From: Pachysolen tannophilus NRRL Y-2460
Taxonomy: Eukaryota
NCBI GenBank assembly: GCA_001661245.1
Contig: KV454017.1
Coordinates: forward strand, 611,061-649,908
Reading direction: 5' to 3'
DNA length: 38,848 bases
Part shown: in pieces, positions 1-10,903 of the stretch
Layout of the letters: the number at the start of each line of letters is the position of its first letter
How positions within the stretch are numbered: the stretch's first letter is position 1
Translations under genes and position numbers: made by a program
The notes under the pieces: generated by a model
Databases searched by the model: none
The model's input: the letters and a program-made list of their open reading frames with translations, nothing else
Told to the model about the DNA's origin: nothing

Positions 1-51
1 GAGACGGATAATACTAGAAGTCCAGATTGTGGATAATTTGGATTCAAGAAG

Positions 52-954
52 ATGCTCATCAGTGTGGGTTTCAGGCCATCAATTAGACATTCAATATTGA
101 GTTGTTCGGGTGTTAGACCTACATATCCGGCCATACTGTTAAAACCATTATTAAATACTCCATTATTTCCATCAGCTAGTAGCTTTTTTTCAACTTACTA
201 TGGATTGTTAAACAAGAATGATAAGAAAATAGAATCAAAGATCAGTACGAAGACGGTAATAGAAAAATCTATAGAGAAGTCTAAGGAGCTCCGTTCCAAT
301 ATTAAGACACTTATTAAGGATACTACGGTACGTGAAAATATATATACTATTCCAAATTTTTTAACCATGACAAGATTGATTGCGGCACCAATTGTTGGTT
401 ACTTGATAGTGCAACAACAAGTTCTTTGGGCATTGGGTTTATTTACTTATTCTTGTATTACGGATTTTGTTGATGGTTATATAGCGAGAAGATTCAATTT
501 GAAAACTGTGATTGGAACGATTATAGATCCTATGGCTGACAAATCGTTAATGATAATTTGCACTCTTTGCTTAACACAAGCAGGTCAATTGCCATTGTAT
601 TTGGCTGTATTGATATTAGGTAGAGATATATTATTAGGTTTAAGTGCTATATATTATAGGTACATTTCTCTTCCACCACCAAAGACTTTTATGAGATTTT
701 TTGATTTTTCAATTGCAAGTGCAGAAGTCCATCCAACCAATATTAGCAAGGTAAATACTGGTTTACAAATGTTATATATTGGGAGCTGTGTAGTAAAGCT
801 GGTATTGGTGTCATATCTTGGAGATCATTATACATCTATCTTTTTAGAAGCCATGTCATGGTTTGAACTCGTTGTTGCCAGTACTACAATACTAAGTGGT
901 CTCTCTTATGTATTCAGTAAAGATGCTGTCAAGATATTGACCAAGCGTCCATGA
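52..954 (+). CDS. CRD1: Cardiolipin synthase (CDP-alcohol phosphatidyltransferase)
   Basis: ENIYTIPNFLTMTRL and the CDP-alcohol phosphotransferase motif DFVDGYIARRFNLKTVIGTIIDPMADK; basic presequence-like N-terminus; convergent with CCT4 as in S. cerevisiae. Confidence 0.93.
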   Translation: MLISVGFRPSIRHSILSCSGVRPTYPAILLKPLLNTPLFPSASSFFSTYYGLLNKNDKKIESKISTKTVIEKSIEKSKELRSNIKTLIKDTTVRENIYTIPNFLTMTRLIAAPIVGYLIVQQQVLWALGLFTYSCITDFVDGYIARRFNLKTVIGTIIDPMADKSLMIICTLCLTQAGQLPLYLAVLILGRDILLGLSAIYYRYISLPPPKTFMRFFDFSIASAEVHPTNISKVNTGLQMLYIGSCVVKLVLVSYLGDHYTSIFLEAMSWFELVVASTTILSGLSYVFSKDAVKILTKRP

Positions 955-1183
955 TATCATACAATTAGAAAAATTTTTTATATCTTAAATATTGCATGTA
1001 TATAAGTTAAGATAGTGAATTATTAGAATTCTAAGGAGTTGAATGAATAATATATTTTTAAATCTTTATTTAAAAACTATTAAGATTAAATCAAGGAATA
1101 AACGACGAAAAGTAAAAAATAAAAAACATAGGTATTAACAACTAACTAACTTAACAAGAAAATGGTCAAATATATGTACTTCT

Positions 1184-2785
1184 TCATCTACTAAACGCTA
1201 TATCATCAATTCTTAAAATAGACTTGACACACTCACTAGCCAACGTAATAGCACTGGTACTAACCAATACCGGTTGTAAAACATGTTCTTCAAGTGTATT
1301 AATTGTACCACCTCTACGGACACTTATACCGGCATTCTTTTCACCCAGGACATGTTTATTTCTTAATTCTGTAACAATATCAATAGGGTTTAATCCTGCA
1401 TTTTCTGCTAAAGTTGTTGGAATAATTTCTAATGCTTCTGCAAATTCTTTAAAACAAAATTGTTGAACTCCAGATAATTTGGATGATTCTTTCATTAATG
1501 TTTGTGAAACTTCAATTTCTGGAGCACCACCACCAGCAATAAGGGCTTTTTCTTTGACCAAACATCTAATGACACATAAAGCATCATGTAATGATCTTTC
1601 AGTTTCATCCAAGATTAATTCATTTGCTCCTCTACATACAACAGAGACAGTTGGAGATACCACGTTTTTAACACCAGTGATTTGAACAATTTTAGAACCA
1701 GCAGATTCGATTTCCTCAACAACATCAGCTGATCCAAGTCTTTGATCAGTAAAAGAATCAATGTCAGCAATAGGTTTACAACCTAAAGATTTTGATATAA
1801 ATTCAATTTCATCTCTTTCAATATCTTTAACAACTAAAATATTCAATTTACTAAGGAAATGTAATGCTAAATCATTAACAGCATCTCTTAATATAGATTT
1901 TTGAATTAATAATACATTACATTTTGCCTTTTTAATTTTTTTGCAAATATTTAACAAATAAGCTCTTTCTTCTTTTAAAATCTTATCCATTTGTCTATAA
2001 TCATTTACAACCACATTATTTTCCATATCTGGTTTTGGTGGTGATAATTGAAATTGTATCAATCCAATTTTGGCCTTTTCCATTCTAGTTGGACCACCTG
2101 CAGATTTAATAACAGTTTGAGTTAATACAACACCATCAACCAATTCAGTATCATCAATAGTTCCTCCAACTTTTTTAATCAATCTGATATCATTTATATC
2201 AACATTTGTAGCCTCTGGATTTGTTACTCTTAAAACAGATTCTACAGCAATTGGAGCCAATAAATTAGAAAATTGAGAAACAATTTTAGAACTTAAAGAA
2301 GTAGTAGCAGCTCTAATTAATTGTTCTTTATCATCCAATGAAATTTTGTGTGACATATCAAGTAAAATTTCAACAGATCTTCTTGCTGCAGTCTGGAAAC
2401 TTTCAGATATAATCGTTGGATGAATACCTTTATTCAACAACTTCTCAGCAGCACCTAATAAAGCACCAGTAATTACAACAACAGAAGTAGTACCATCTCC
2501 CGCTTCTGTATCTTGAGCAGCAGAAACATCAACCAACATCTTCGCTGCAGGATGTAAAACAGCCATATGCTTCAAAATAGTATGACCATCATTAGAAATA
2601 ATATATTCTCCATTACCAGTCTTAATCATCTTATCCATACCTTTTGGTCCCAATGAAGTTCTAATCGCATCACTAACAGCTCTTGCTGCTAAAATATTTG
2701 ATTTACGAACCTCTTGAGGCTTTTCCTTATTTTTAAAAGTAGCATTAGAAGGTCCAACTGTAGAACTCACCGGAGCAGCTGCCAT
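1184..2785 (-). CDS. CCT4: Chaperonin CCT/TRiC subunit delta
   Basis: [20 protein letters not shown], delta-specific [18 protein letters not shown] and [12 protein letters not shown]. Confidence 0.97.
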   Translation of the reverse strand: MAAAPVSSTVGPSNATFKNKEKPQEVRKSNILAARAVSDAIRTSLGPKGMDKMIKTGNGEYIISNDGHTILKHMAVLHPAAKMLVDVSAAQDTEAGDGTTSVVVITGALLGAAEKLLNKGIHPTIISESFQTAARRSVEILLDMSHKISLDDKEQLIRAATTSLSSKIVSQFSNLLAPIAVESVLRVTNPEATNVDINDIRLIKKVGGTIDDTELVDGVVLTQTVIKSAGGPTRMEKAKIGLIQFQLSPPKPDMENNVVVNDYRQMDKILKEERAYLLNICKKIKKAKCNVLLIQKSILRDAVNDLALHFLSKLNILVVKDIERDEIEFISKSLGCKPIADIDSFTDQRLGSADVVEEIESAGSKIVQITGVKNVVSPTVSVVCRGANELILDETERSLHDALCVIRCLVKEKALIAGGGAPEIEVSQTLMKESSKLSGVQQFCFKEFAEALEIIPTTLAENAGLNPIDIVTELRNKHVLGEKNAGISVRRGGTINTLEEHVLQPVLVSTSAITLASECVKSILRIDDIAFSR

Positions 2786-2954
2786 TTTTTTTTCTTTTCT
2801 TTCGATCTATCTATCTTTATATCTTTCTTTTGCCGATTCGATTCTCTTCAAAATTATAATCACTTCAAATATAAATCAATTTAACAATTATTCCAATTAT
2901 TACTATAATTTATATGGGCCTTTCCATTTTTTAACTCTTCTTCGTTCTTTGAAA

Positions 2955-2960
2955 ACGCGT
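2955..2960. promoter_or_regulatory. MCB-like element ACGCGT in the CCT4/CDC123 divergent promoter
   Basis: Single exact ACGCGT in a very AT-rich 314-bp spacer; function not shown. Confidence 0.3.
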
Positions 2961-3099
2961 TGAAAGAAAAAATTGTTTTGTGTGAAACATGAACGACCTT
3001 TTTTCCTGCCCCAATAGAGCTGGTGAAGATGACCAACGACGACGATGATGATAATAATATAACTATATTCAAAGTTGAAGGTTTTGAAAGGATTAGATA

Positions 3100-4242
3100 A
3101 TGCCGTCAAGTACTATGGAGCACTCTGTGTTTAATGATTTGGAGTCTCCGACGTGTGAGGAGATAATCAACTGTTCGTTTTCGAAGTGGTATGCTTTGTA
3201 TAAGGATTTTACATTGACCAAGGTTAAGATTATTAAGCCTTTACCGCAGAGTTTTATCGATTATTTGACAAGTGATGGGATCAAGCTACCTGGGGACGAT
3301 TCTGGTGGTCATATTTGGCCCAATAGTGATAATGAATATAGTGATTGGGAAGGAGAAGAACAGGCAGAAGAAGAAGAGGAGGTGAATATTTTGAAGAAAA
3401 ATCTGAATTTAAATCCTATAGAATCATTTCAAAAATTACATGATGAATTAAAACAATATGTTAAAAGTTTTAATTATAAGTTTACTCCAAAACTTAACTG
3501 GTCTGCTCCAAAGGATGCTACTTGGATATTGATGAATAATACTTTAAAATGTACAAGTGTTAACGATCTTTATTTGGTTTTAAATGCTTCAAATTATATT
3601 ATGCATGATATTACCAATGCTTTTGACGAAGTTGATGGAGAAGAAAAAGAAAAAGAAATAATTAAAGAAAAATTAGGGTTTGAATATGAATTAATCTTGA
3701 GAGAATGGTTTGATGATTTTAACCCAGCACTAGAATTTAGATGTTTTGTTAAAAATAGGTCATTGATTGCAATTTCACAAAGAGATTTAAATTATTATGA
3801 TTATTTAATAACTTTATATGATAAAATTTATGATTCTATTGTTGATTTTTTTGAAAAAAATATTCAAACAAGTTTCCCTAATGATAACTTTGTATTTGAT
3901 ATTTATTTTCAAAGATCTTTAAATAAAGTGTTTTTAATAGATATAAATCCATTTGTTAGATCCACAGACCCATTATTATTCACATGGCATGAAATAACTT
4001 TATTAAATCCAACTGAAAAAGATTTTAAATTGGATTTTAGAATTGTTGATAAAGTTAATGCAGGAAGATTTGCTTCAAAAGAACATAGTGAGAACCAAGT
4101 ACCTAAAGATGTTGTAGATGCAAGTTTAGGTTCAAGTACAATGTCAGAATTAGCCAGTTCATGGCAAAAATTAATGCAAAACGAAAAATATGACAATACT
4201 TCAAGCGATGATGACAATGACAATGATAATGACGATAAATAA
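3100..4242 (+). CDS. CDC123: eIF2 assembly factor Cdc123 (D123 family, ATP-grasp)
   Basis: NCSFSKWY, PKLNWSAPKDATWI, EFRCFVKNRSLIAISQRD, LIDINPF..TDPLLFTW motifs. Confidence 0.95.
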   Translation: MPSSTMEHSVFNDLESPTCEEIINCSFSKWYALYKDFTLTKVKIIKPLPQSFIDYLTSDGIKLPGDDSGGHIWPNSDNEYSDWEGEEQAEEEEEVNILKKNLNLNPIESFQKLHDELKQYVKSFNYKFTPKLNWSAPKDATWILMNNTLKCTSVNDLYLVLNASNYIMHDITNAFDEVDGEEKEKEIIKEKLGFEYELILREWFDDFNPALEFRCFVKNRSLIAISQRDLNYYDYLITLYDKIYDSIVDFFEKNIQTSFPNDNFVFDIYFQRSLNKVFLIDINPFVRSTDPLLFTWHEITLLNPTEKDFKLDFRIVDKVNAGRFASKEHSENQVPKDVVDASLGSSTMSELASSWQKLMQNEKYDNTSSDDDNDNDNDDK

Positions 4243-4246
4243 TGCC

Positions 4247-4249
<3 letters not shown>

Positions 4250-4277
<28 letters not shown>
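4250..4277. repeat. (AT)14 microsatellite
   Basis: Direct read, just after the CDC123 stop. Similar (TA)n tracts at about 6714-6732 and 25112-25134. Confidence 0.9.
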
Positions 4278-4281
<4 letters not shown>

Positions 4282-4432
4282 ATTTTCAAAAATTGCAAAA
4301 ATGAAAAACAAACAGTAAAATTAAAAATGTTCTCAAAAAAAAAAGAAACTTATCAAAAAGAAAGAGTAAAAACATGAAAAAACGTTAAAATGAAATTCAA
4401 AAAAATATGATATTTTTGCAAATTTATATCAT

Positions 4433-5988
4433 TTACAAATTTGTGAAGGATATGTCATTGGAAAGTCCATGGAGAGGAAAAGGTTGTTCTTGACCAATTA
4501 ATGGTCCAAAACAGTAATATAATTTTGGTCTATAACTTGGATCCTGAATCATAACATTTGAATTTTTAAATTTTTCAATCAACCCTTTTTTACCTTGAAT
4601 ATTGGCATAAGAAGCATCGCATATCTTTTCGCTTTTGAATTTATTCCATTTTTTACCAACTCTTGCTTTTACAAAAGTTATAATAGCTTCCACAGAAATG
4701 AAATTTATAAAGCAATATCCAACACTAAATTTATATAAATAATACTGTTAGTTTAAGTAATATTATTATTGAAAATTTTTATCATATTCATGGTGATACT
4801 AACTTGCAATGATTGGCGAAATCCATTCTTAAATCTAAAATTCTAATCAGTACATGTTCTCTTTATTTCAGTTATTATTATTTTTACCTATTACTTACAC
4901 AAAAAATCATAGGTACCATAATTGGTAAGGTCAATGTATTCTTTCAACATTTGTTGATCAACTTTGTTCGGAATATTTCTGATCATCAAAGTAGTTCTTG
5001 TTTCAAGACCTCTTGCAATTCGACTAATATCAACTACATTGTAATATGGGACATTTGAAATTGTGGTTAAAGGTTCTTTAGCAGTTTCCAGTACCAAATT
5101 GCTGATTCCAATATTTTCATTATTAATTACATTATAAGGTCTTGTTGGTATATGTGACAGATATAATTCTTTATTATAATCTTTTTTCAATATGCCTTTC
5201 CATGTAGATAATTTTTTCAATTCTGGGTTTTCATAAGTGAAATTTTTTGATGATAATGATAGATTTGGCATTTTTAAAGATAATATATCTTCTAATTTTG
5301 CGGAAATATATATCGTATAATTATTTTCTAATTTTATAAATCCATCAATAGAATTTTTCATACATTTTTGAAGTGATCTTAAATCATAAAATTGAAGCAT
5401 AAAAATTTCATTGGAATCTGTAATATTTTCAAGAAATTCGATGTCTCCATATAAAATAGACAAATGATTTATTAATTCCAGCTTATTGAGATTAAAACTC
5501 TTCAAATAAATATTTTCAAACTTGAAAATTTCATGTTTAGAAACATTTGCTTCTTCAAGACTTAAAAATCGTACACTCCCATGTAAATCTTCAAAACATT
5601 TTCTTGAACTCCTGCTATCAAACCAGCCCACAATCGCACCAAACCTAACAACATCGCTATTAGTATATTCTTGAATACCAAACTCCATCATTGCAACTTC
5701 TCCAAATTTTGAACAAAATTCTACATGAAACCAATTTGGGTCAGTCGAAGGTGGGATCTTATTAAATACAAGCACTCTCGATAAAAAAAACTCGCTGCCG
5801 TTTTTCGGAACTTTATCAAAACCAATTGGTGATTCCAATTGTGCCAGTGACTTCAAAGCTACATTACAAGCGGGCTGCTGCTCTACAATCAAACCTGAAT
5901 CGAAATCGTTTCCTACAAATTGTAACTCATTCGCTGGCGGCTGAAGAAATGCGGTACTAAATATACTGTCCATATACTTTCCTCTCAT
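4433..5988 (-). CDS. mei2: Mei2-like meiotic RNA-binding protein, 3 RRMs; exons 5988-4899, 4834-4804, 4724-4433; 470 aa
   Basis: The spliced product reads RTTLMIRNIPNKVDQQMLKEYIDLTNYGTYDFLYLRMDFANHCNVGYCFINFISVEAIITFVKARVGKKWNKFKSEKICDASYANIQGKKGLIEKFKNSNVMIQDPSYRPKLY, the Mei2-family C-terminal RRM3. Degenerate RRM1 (SRVLVFNKIP..SKFGEV..VGWFDSR) and RRM2 (YGDI..LQFYDLR) lie upstream. Exon lengths 1090+31+292 = 1413 nt, in frame. Confidence 0.9.
4725..4803 (-). other. Intron 2 of the Mei2-like gene (79 nt)
   Basis: GTTAGT donor at 4803, AACTAAC branch (4753-4747), TTTAG acceptor; removal restores HC-N-VGYCFINF. Confidence 0.88.
4835..4898 (-). other. Intron 1 of the Mei2-like gene (64 nt)
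   Basis: GTAAGT donor at 4898, TACTGAT branch (4852-4846), TTTTAG acceptor; removal restores YDFL-Y-LRMDF. Confidence 0.88.
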
Positions 5989-6343
5989 TTACCTTTTTTC
6001 TTTCTTTTCTTTTCTTTTTTTGTTTTTTTTTATGTCTTTCCTCCTTTTACCTTAAGTTAGAATGACATTTTCTAGATCCACTTTCATAAGTAAGGAATTT
6101 CAGTTGAATTTATACCAACATTAAGACTTTTCATCAGAAACACAAAAAGCATCTTAGAAAAGCATTCAGACATGCATGTCGATAATGAGGTCGTGTGCAT
6201 AATTTTAAATGTAGTGACTTTATGTCTAATTTGTCTTTTTCGAGACATACAACATTGATGATGTTGTATGTCGAGAAGGTATCAATATTTCTTTCTATTA
6301 TTTATTTTAACTAAATTGAATAAATCTTTATTTAATCAAAAAC

Positions 6344-9035
6344 ATGAGTGTTGAAAGCAGAGGAACTGGTACTAGTGGATTTGATGGAGTTAGTGGCGCT
6401 AGAGTTAGCGCTAGTGATAATGACTTTGAAGAGCCACAATTGGTTGATAATTACAAAAAAATTTTAGCAATTGATTTCAGATTTCATAAACTTGGGGGTT
6501 GTTTTTATAGTCACGAAGATCAAAAACTATTAGTTATAGAAGATACGACAACCAATAGTCCTGATATTTATCTCGAGTCGGTATTGTTTCAGCTAAGTCC
6601 AACAGTTGTTGCTGTTAGTAGCTCAATTGATGATAGAATTGCTGAAGTTTTGAATAAGAATCGTAAGTTTGACATTACTGTTTCAAAACTTTGCAAATTA
6701 TTTTACTGACACAATATATATATATATATATACATGTATATTCTTTGTGAATGTATTAGAAAAGAAATTCAACTATAATATAAATATTAGACCTTCTAGG
6801 GAATTTAGTTCAAAAAATGGTTCCAACTATGTCTTGCCTTTTGCAAATTCAAGTGTTCTGGTTTGTATTACCCTCGCAAGATTTTGTGACCCCCTAAATT
6901 GAAAAAAAAAAATATTAACATATTTCAATTGTAGATGGTCTCTTGTTCTGCGTTGTTGGGGCTTCTTGAAACATCTGTCCTTTTGAAGGATCCAAGTACT
7001 GATGTTGAAACCATTTTATCTTCCTTTGAGCCGTTCATTCTGTAAGTATTAGAAATATCTACTTCCCAATTACGAAAAATGTACATATATCAACTGACAA
7101 TAATACCACACCACATACAAAAGCAATGATTATTTATTTATAGATGAAGATTCCCTTTATGCTCTCAAAATTTTTCCCTGTTCAAAAAATGATTTTAACG
7201 CGGATGGCGGTAAATCATCTGTTTATGACATTTTGAATTTGACTGGATCAGAATCAGGTTCCCTGTTATTGAAAATTTGGTTGTTAAGACCTTTGTCTGA
7301 TTTGGAAAAGATTAACAAAAGACTTGACACAATATCGATTTTAACTAAACAAGAATACTCTGATGAAGTGGAGGATTTGATGAATTTGGTTAAAAGTTTG
7401 AACTCTCTGACTAGATTGGTATTACTGTTGAAATCAGGGAAATCTAACTATAATACATGGTTAAAGTTATATAATTTTATATTAAATTCATATCAGATAT
7501 TTCAAAAAGTTTCATCACTAATAATGAAAGGAGAAAATTGTGAAATTTTTGAAAAAATTTCGACGAGAATTGATCCATCGAAACTTTCTGAATTACTAAA
7601 CACTTTACAAGTAACCGTCGATTTTGATGACTCTAAGTTAGAGAGTAGAGTAACAGTTTTGGACGGTTTCGATTCTCAATTAGACGAATATCGTAAAACA
7701 TACAATGAAATGGAACTGATTTTGCAAATGGTAGCTTCAGAACTTAGTAAAGACATGGCTCCAGATCTAGCTAAGCTATTGAACGTCGTTTATATACCTC
7801 AGCTAGGTTATTTAGTGTCTATCGAAAATCAAAACTCTAAAATTGAAAATATTGCAGTGAAGCTAGGTTGGAATGAGGTTTTCAGAACTTCAACCACTAT
7901 TTATTATAAAAACTATGATATGGAAGAAATGGACGGATACTACGGTGACATTTATACTTTAATGTGTGACTGCGAGATTGAAATATTATATAATGTTCAG
8001 AAGAAAATACTAAAGCATGAAAAGACACTAACTGAGATTACTGCTTTACTTTCTGAGTTAGATTGTTTTTTAGCCTTATCAAAAGCCGCATTAATGCATA
8101 AATATGTAAAACCAGAAATGACAGATGACATTTCACTAGACATAGAAGAGTCGAGGCATCCTGTTTATGAAACCTTGGTTCCTTCATTTGTTCCAAATGA
8201 TGCCAAATTAAATACAGGTGATGATGATTGCAATGATTTTGAACGCATTATGTTGCTTACAGGAGCAAATTTTAGTGGAAAGTCAATTTATCTAACACAG
8301 GTAGCTTTGATTGTATATTTATCACATGTAGGCTGCTTTGTTCCTGCGAAAAAGGCAAAGATTGGAATCTGTGACAAAATATTGACTAGAATAATGTCCC
8401 GAGAATCAGTTTCAAGACAACAGAGCACCTTCATGGCTGATGCTCAGCAAATGTCAAAATGTTTAAAATTAATGAGTAAAAAGTCATTGCTTATTATCGA
8501 TGAGTTTGGAAAAGGTACAGATATTAATGACGGACCTGCATTATTTGGATCTGTCTTGAAATATCTTTCTTCTTTAAATAATAATTGTCCAAGAAGCATT
8601 GCCGCTACACATTTCCATGAATTACTCTCGAATACTTCATTGAAAAAAATTTTAAACTTAAATCATGTTCATTATTACAATATGGAAATTTTAATAACAA
8701 AAGATTACGATACCTCATTGGGAAAGCAGTCAGATCAAATAACCTATCTATACCAGTTGAAAGAAGGTTTAGCGGGAGGTAGTTTTGGAATATTTTGTGC
8801 CAAAAATTCAGGTATTGACAACAATATTATAGAAAGAGCAGAGTTTTTTGTTTCTTTGTTTGAAAAAGGCGATGAAATTGACTTCGATTGTTACATTAAA
8901 ATAGATTCGGATTATCAGAAGAGGTTAAAAAAAGCAGAAGACATAACTAGGAAATTTATCATTTGGGATTTGGATGAAGATGCTCAAGATATAGAGGTAA
9001 ATTTAGGGGAAAAATTAGAAGAAATTTTAGATTAA
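6344..9035 (+). CDS. MSH5: Meiotic MutS-gamma subunit Msh5; exons 6344-6662, 6760-6860, 6935-7041, 7124-9035; about 812 aa
   Basis: TGANFSGKSIYLTQVALIVYLSHVGCFVPA, ESVSRQQSTFMAD, IDEFGKGT, VYIPQLGYL. The upstream exons supply IRPSREFS and FIDEDSLYALKIFP. Exons sum to 2439 nt, in frame. Confidence 0.92.
6663..6759 (+). other. MSH5 intron 1 (97 nt)
   Basis: GTAAGT donor, TACTGAC branch 6704-6710, TAG acceptor; phase 1, frame-restoring. Confidence 0.8.
6861..6934 (+). other. MSH5 intron 2 (74 nt, non-consensus GTTTGT donor)
   Basis: GTTTGT donor, TATTAAC branch 6913-6919, TAG acceptor; phase 0. The donor position is less certain than for the other introns. Confidence 0.65.
7042..7123 (+). other. 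MSH5 intron 3 (82 nt, AAG acceptor)
   Basis: GTAAGT donor, AACTGAC branch 7092-7098, AAG acceptor 7121-7123. The next TAG (7141-7143) gives an immediate stop. Confidence 0.75.
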
Positions 9036-9114
9036 CCATGTTGTTAACCGCATCATATGGATATAATATTGCAAAAAAAGAAATAATATTACTACTATAC
9101 ATGAAATGATATAA

Positions 9115-10836
9115 TTAAACAAGTTTAACACTTCTAGACAAACCTTTCTTAATACCAGTCTTTTCACCAGCATATGGACCCTGTTCTCCAGTGAAAACAG
9201 ATCTAATCGAATTAAGTTTCTTCTTAGCCTTTTCATACTTGAGTCTCTTCTTGACTCTTGAGTTTCTATTCTCCTTCTTTCTATGTGGGGTCAAACCTTT
9301 GTTCTTCAATATTTGGTAATTGATAGCACGTTTACCATCTTCATCAACATTTTCTTGTAACTCCAGTAATTTTCCTTCCTTCGCAGCTTTAACAGCTTGC
9401 TTGTGGTTATCTATTTTAAGTTTCTTTTTGGCCTCTTTTGAACCCTTGATAGCATTATAATAGCTTTCATCATCAACTTCATTTATTTGTTTTGATTCCC
9501 TTTCTTCTTCCGAGTCATAATCGTTGTCATCCAAATCAACACCAGCACCATACTTCTCAGTTCCTCTTTTCTGGGCCTCACTTAGTAACCTCTGTTGTCT
9601 TTCAAAAAGTCTTTCTTTGTAAGGAATATCCATATCACCTGTATATTTTGCATCTTTCTTATTTTGCTGTTGATCAATTTTGGAAGTATAAAATCTCAAA
9701 GTACGCTTACGGGCCTTTTTCTCTTCAGCGTCAACGTCATCAATTTCATCACTACGTTTCTTAGCCAATCTTTTGATGTTACGCTTCTTGTTAATATCAA
9801 TATTGAAATCTTGCTTCTTTTCTTCTTTGGTTTCTTCTTCATTCTCGGAATCTAATTCTGATTCTGATTCTGATTCTAATTTTTGTTCATCAGCTTCTTC
9901 TTCACCTGAAATTATTAATTCATCCTCTTCTTCGTCTTCAACAGTATCAGCCATATTAATTTCATCTGGAATTTCTTCGGCTTGTCTCCAAACTTCTCTG
10001 GTCATAAGTATACTTTCCATCACAGGGTGATCTTTTATAGAGAAATTTAACTCTTTTTTTTCCAAATTAGAGAAAAAAATTGCAAAATAAGAACTAATGG
10101 ATCCCATATAAGCAGAAAGAGCTGTAAATTTGATTTTTAAAATTTCATCCAGAGATTGTTCATTATATTTTGTTTTCAAATTTTGTAATTTCGAATTTAA
10201 CATTGATAATTCTTTTGTCAACGGTATGAATTCAGGGTATGAAGTTTTCAATAAAGTTAATCTAGCATCTTTATCCATTGTAGAAATATCTATCAGATTT
10301 GTTGTATCAGTCAAGATATTTTTCAGTGGTTGATCGGTATGACTTTCTTTAGATTTTGACCATTCCTCCACCATGTCTTCATCCATATAATCATCCATAC
10401 CTAATTCTTCCAAATGCTTTCTTTGCTGGCGCAAAGCTTCCTCCTCCATTAACTTTGCTGTCTCATCGTCATTTTCATCAACAATATCATCCCCACCATA
10501 ATAAGCTTCTTTAGAATGACCCCAACCGTTTTCTCCTTCTTGTAATTCCTTTAACTCATCTTTTCCACCAAAAAACTCAGCATCATCAGAATCTACAGCA
10601 TTAGACTGAAATCCATACCTACTATCCTCTTCTTCATCATCAGAAGAACCTTCTTCACTCAAAGCCATCACCTCTTCTTCGCTATCCTCATCATCTCCAA
10701 AACGTCTCTTTGAGTTAAACCCAGCTTTCGCCTCTAGTTTATCCTCTCTTTCTTTATTAAAAGCATCAACCTCATCTAGATCAATCTCTTCTTCAGCCGC
10801 TTCAGCCCTACCTGAATTCCGAGCTCTTCTAGCCAT
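9115..10836 (-). CDS. SAS10: SSU processome component Sas10/Utp3 (573 aa from the ATG at 10836)
   Basis: C-terminal GKRAINYQILKNKGLTP..NRNSRVKKR..Y.GEKTGIKKGLSRSVK, and LRFYTSKIDQ..GDMDIPYKER. The ORF-track start is a TTG; the first ATG is at 10836. Confidence 0.95.
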   Translation of the reverse strand: MARRARNSGRAEAAEEEIDLDEVDAFNKEREDKLEAKAGFNSKRRFGDDEDSEEEVMALSEEGSSDDEEEDSRYGFQSNAVDSDDAEFFGGKDELKELQEGENGWGHSKEAYYGGDDIVDENDDETAKLMEEEALRQQRKHLEELGMDDYMDEDMVEEWSKSKESHTDQPLKNILTDTTNLIDISTMDKDARLTLLKTSYPEFIPLTKELSMLNSKLQNLKTKYNEQSLDEILKIKFTALSAYMGSISSYFAIFFSNLEKKELNFSIKDHPVMESILMTREVWRQAEEIPDEINMADTVEDEEEDELIISGEEEADEQKLESESESELDSENEEETKEEKKQDFNIDINKKRNIKRLAKKRSDEIDDVDAEEKKARKRTLRFYTSKIDQQQNKKDAKYTGDMDIPYKERLFERQQRLLSEAQKRGTEKYGAGVDLDDNDYDSEEERESKQINEVDDESYYNAIKGSKEAKKKLKIDNHKQAVKAAKEGKLLELQENVDEDGKRAINYQILKNKGLTPHRKKENRNSRVKKRLKYEKAKKKLNSIRSVFTGEQGPYAGEKTGIKKGLSRSVKLV

Positions 10837-10903
10837 TTTATCCTCTAATATACCCAATCTAATCCAATATCAATACCAATATCTTCTTATTCTTTTACTC
10901 GAT

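Noticed and set aside
4433..7232. Fragmented ORFs suggesting mei2 and MSH5 pseudogenes
   Set aside because: All breaks are explained by GT-AG introns with branch sites, and the spliced frames are intact.
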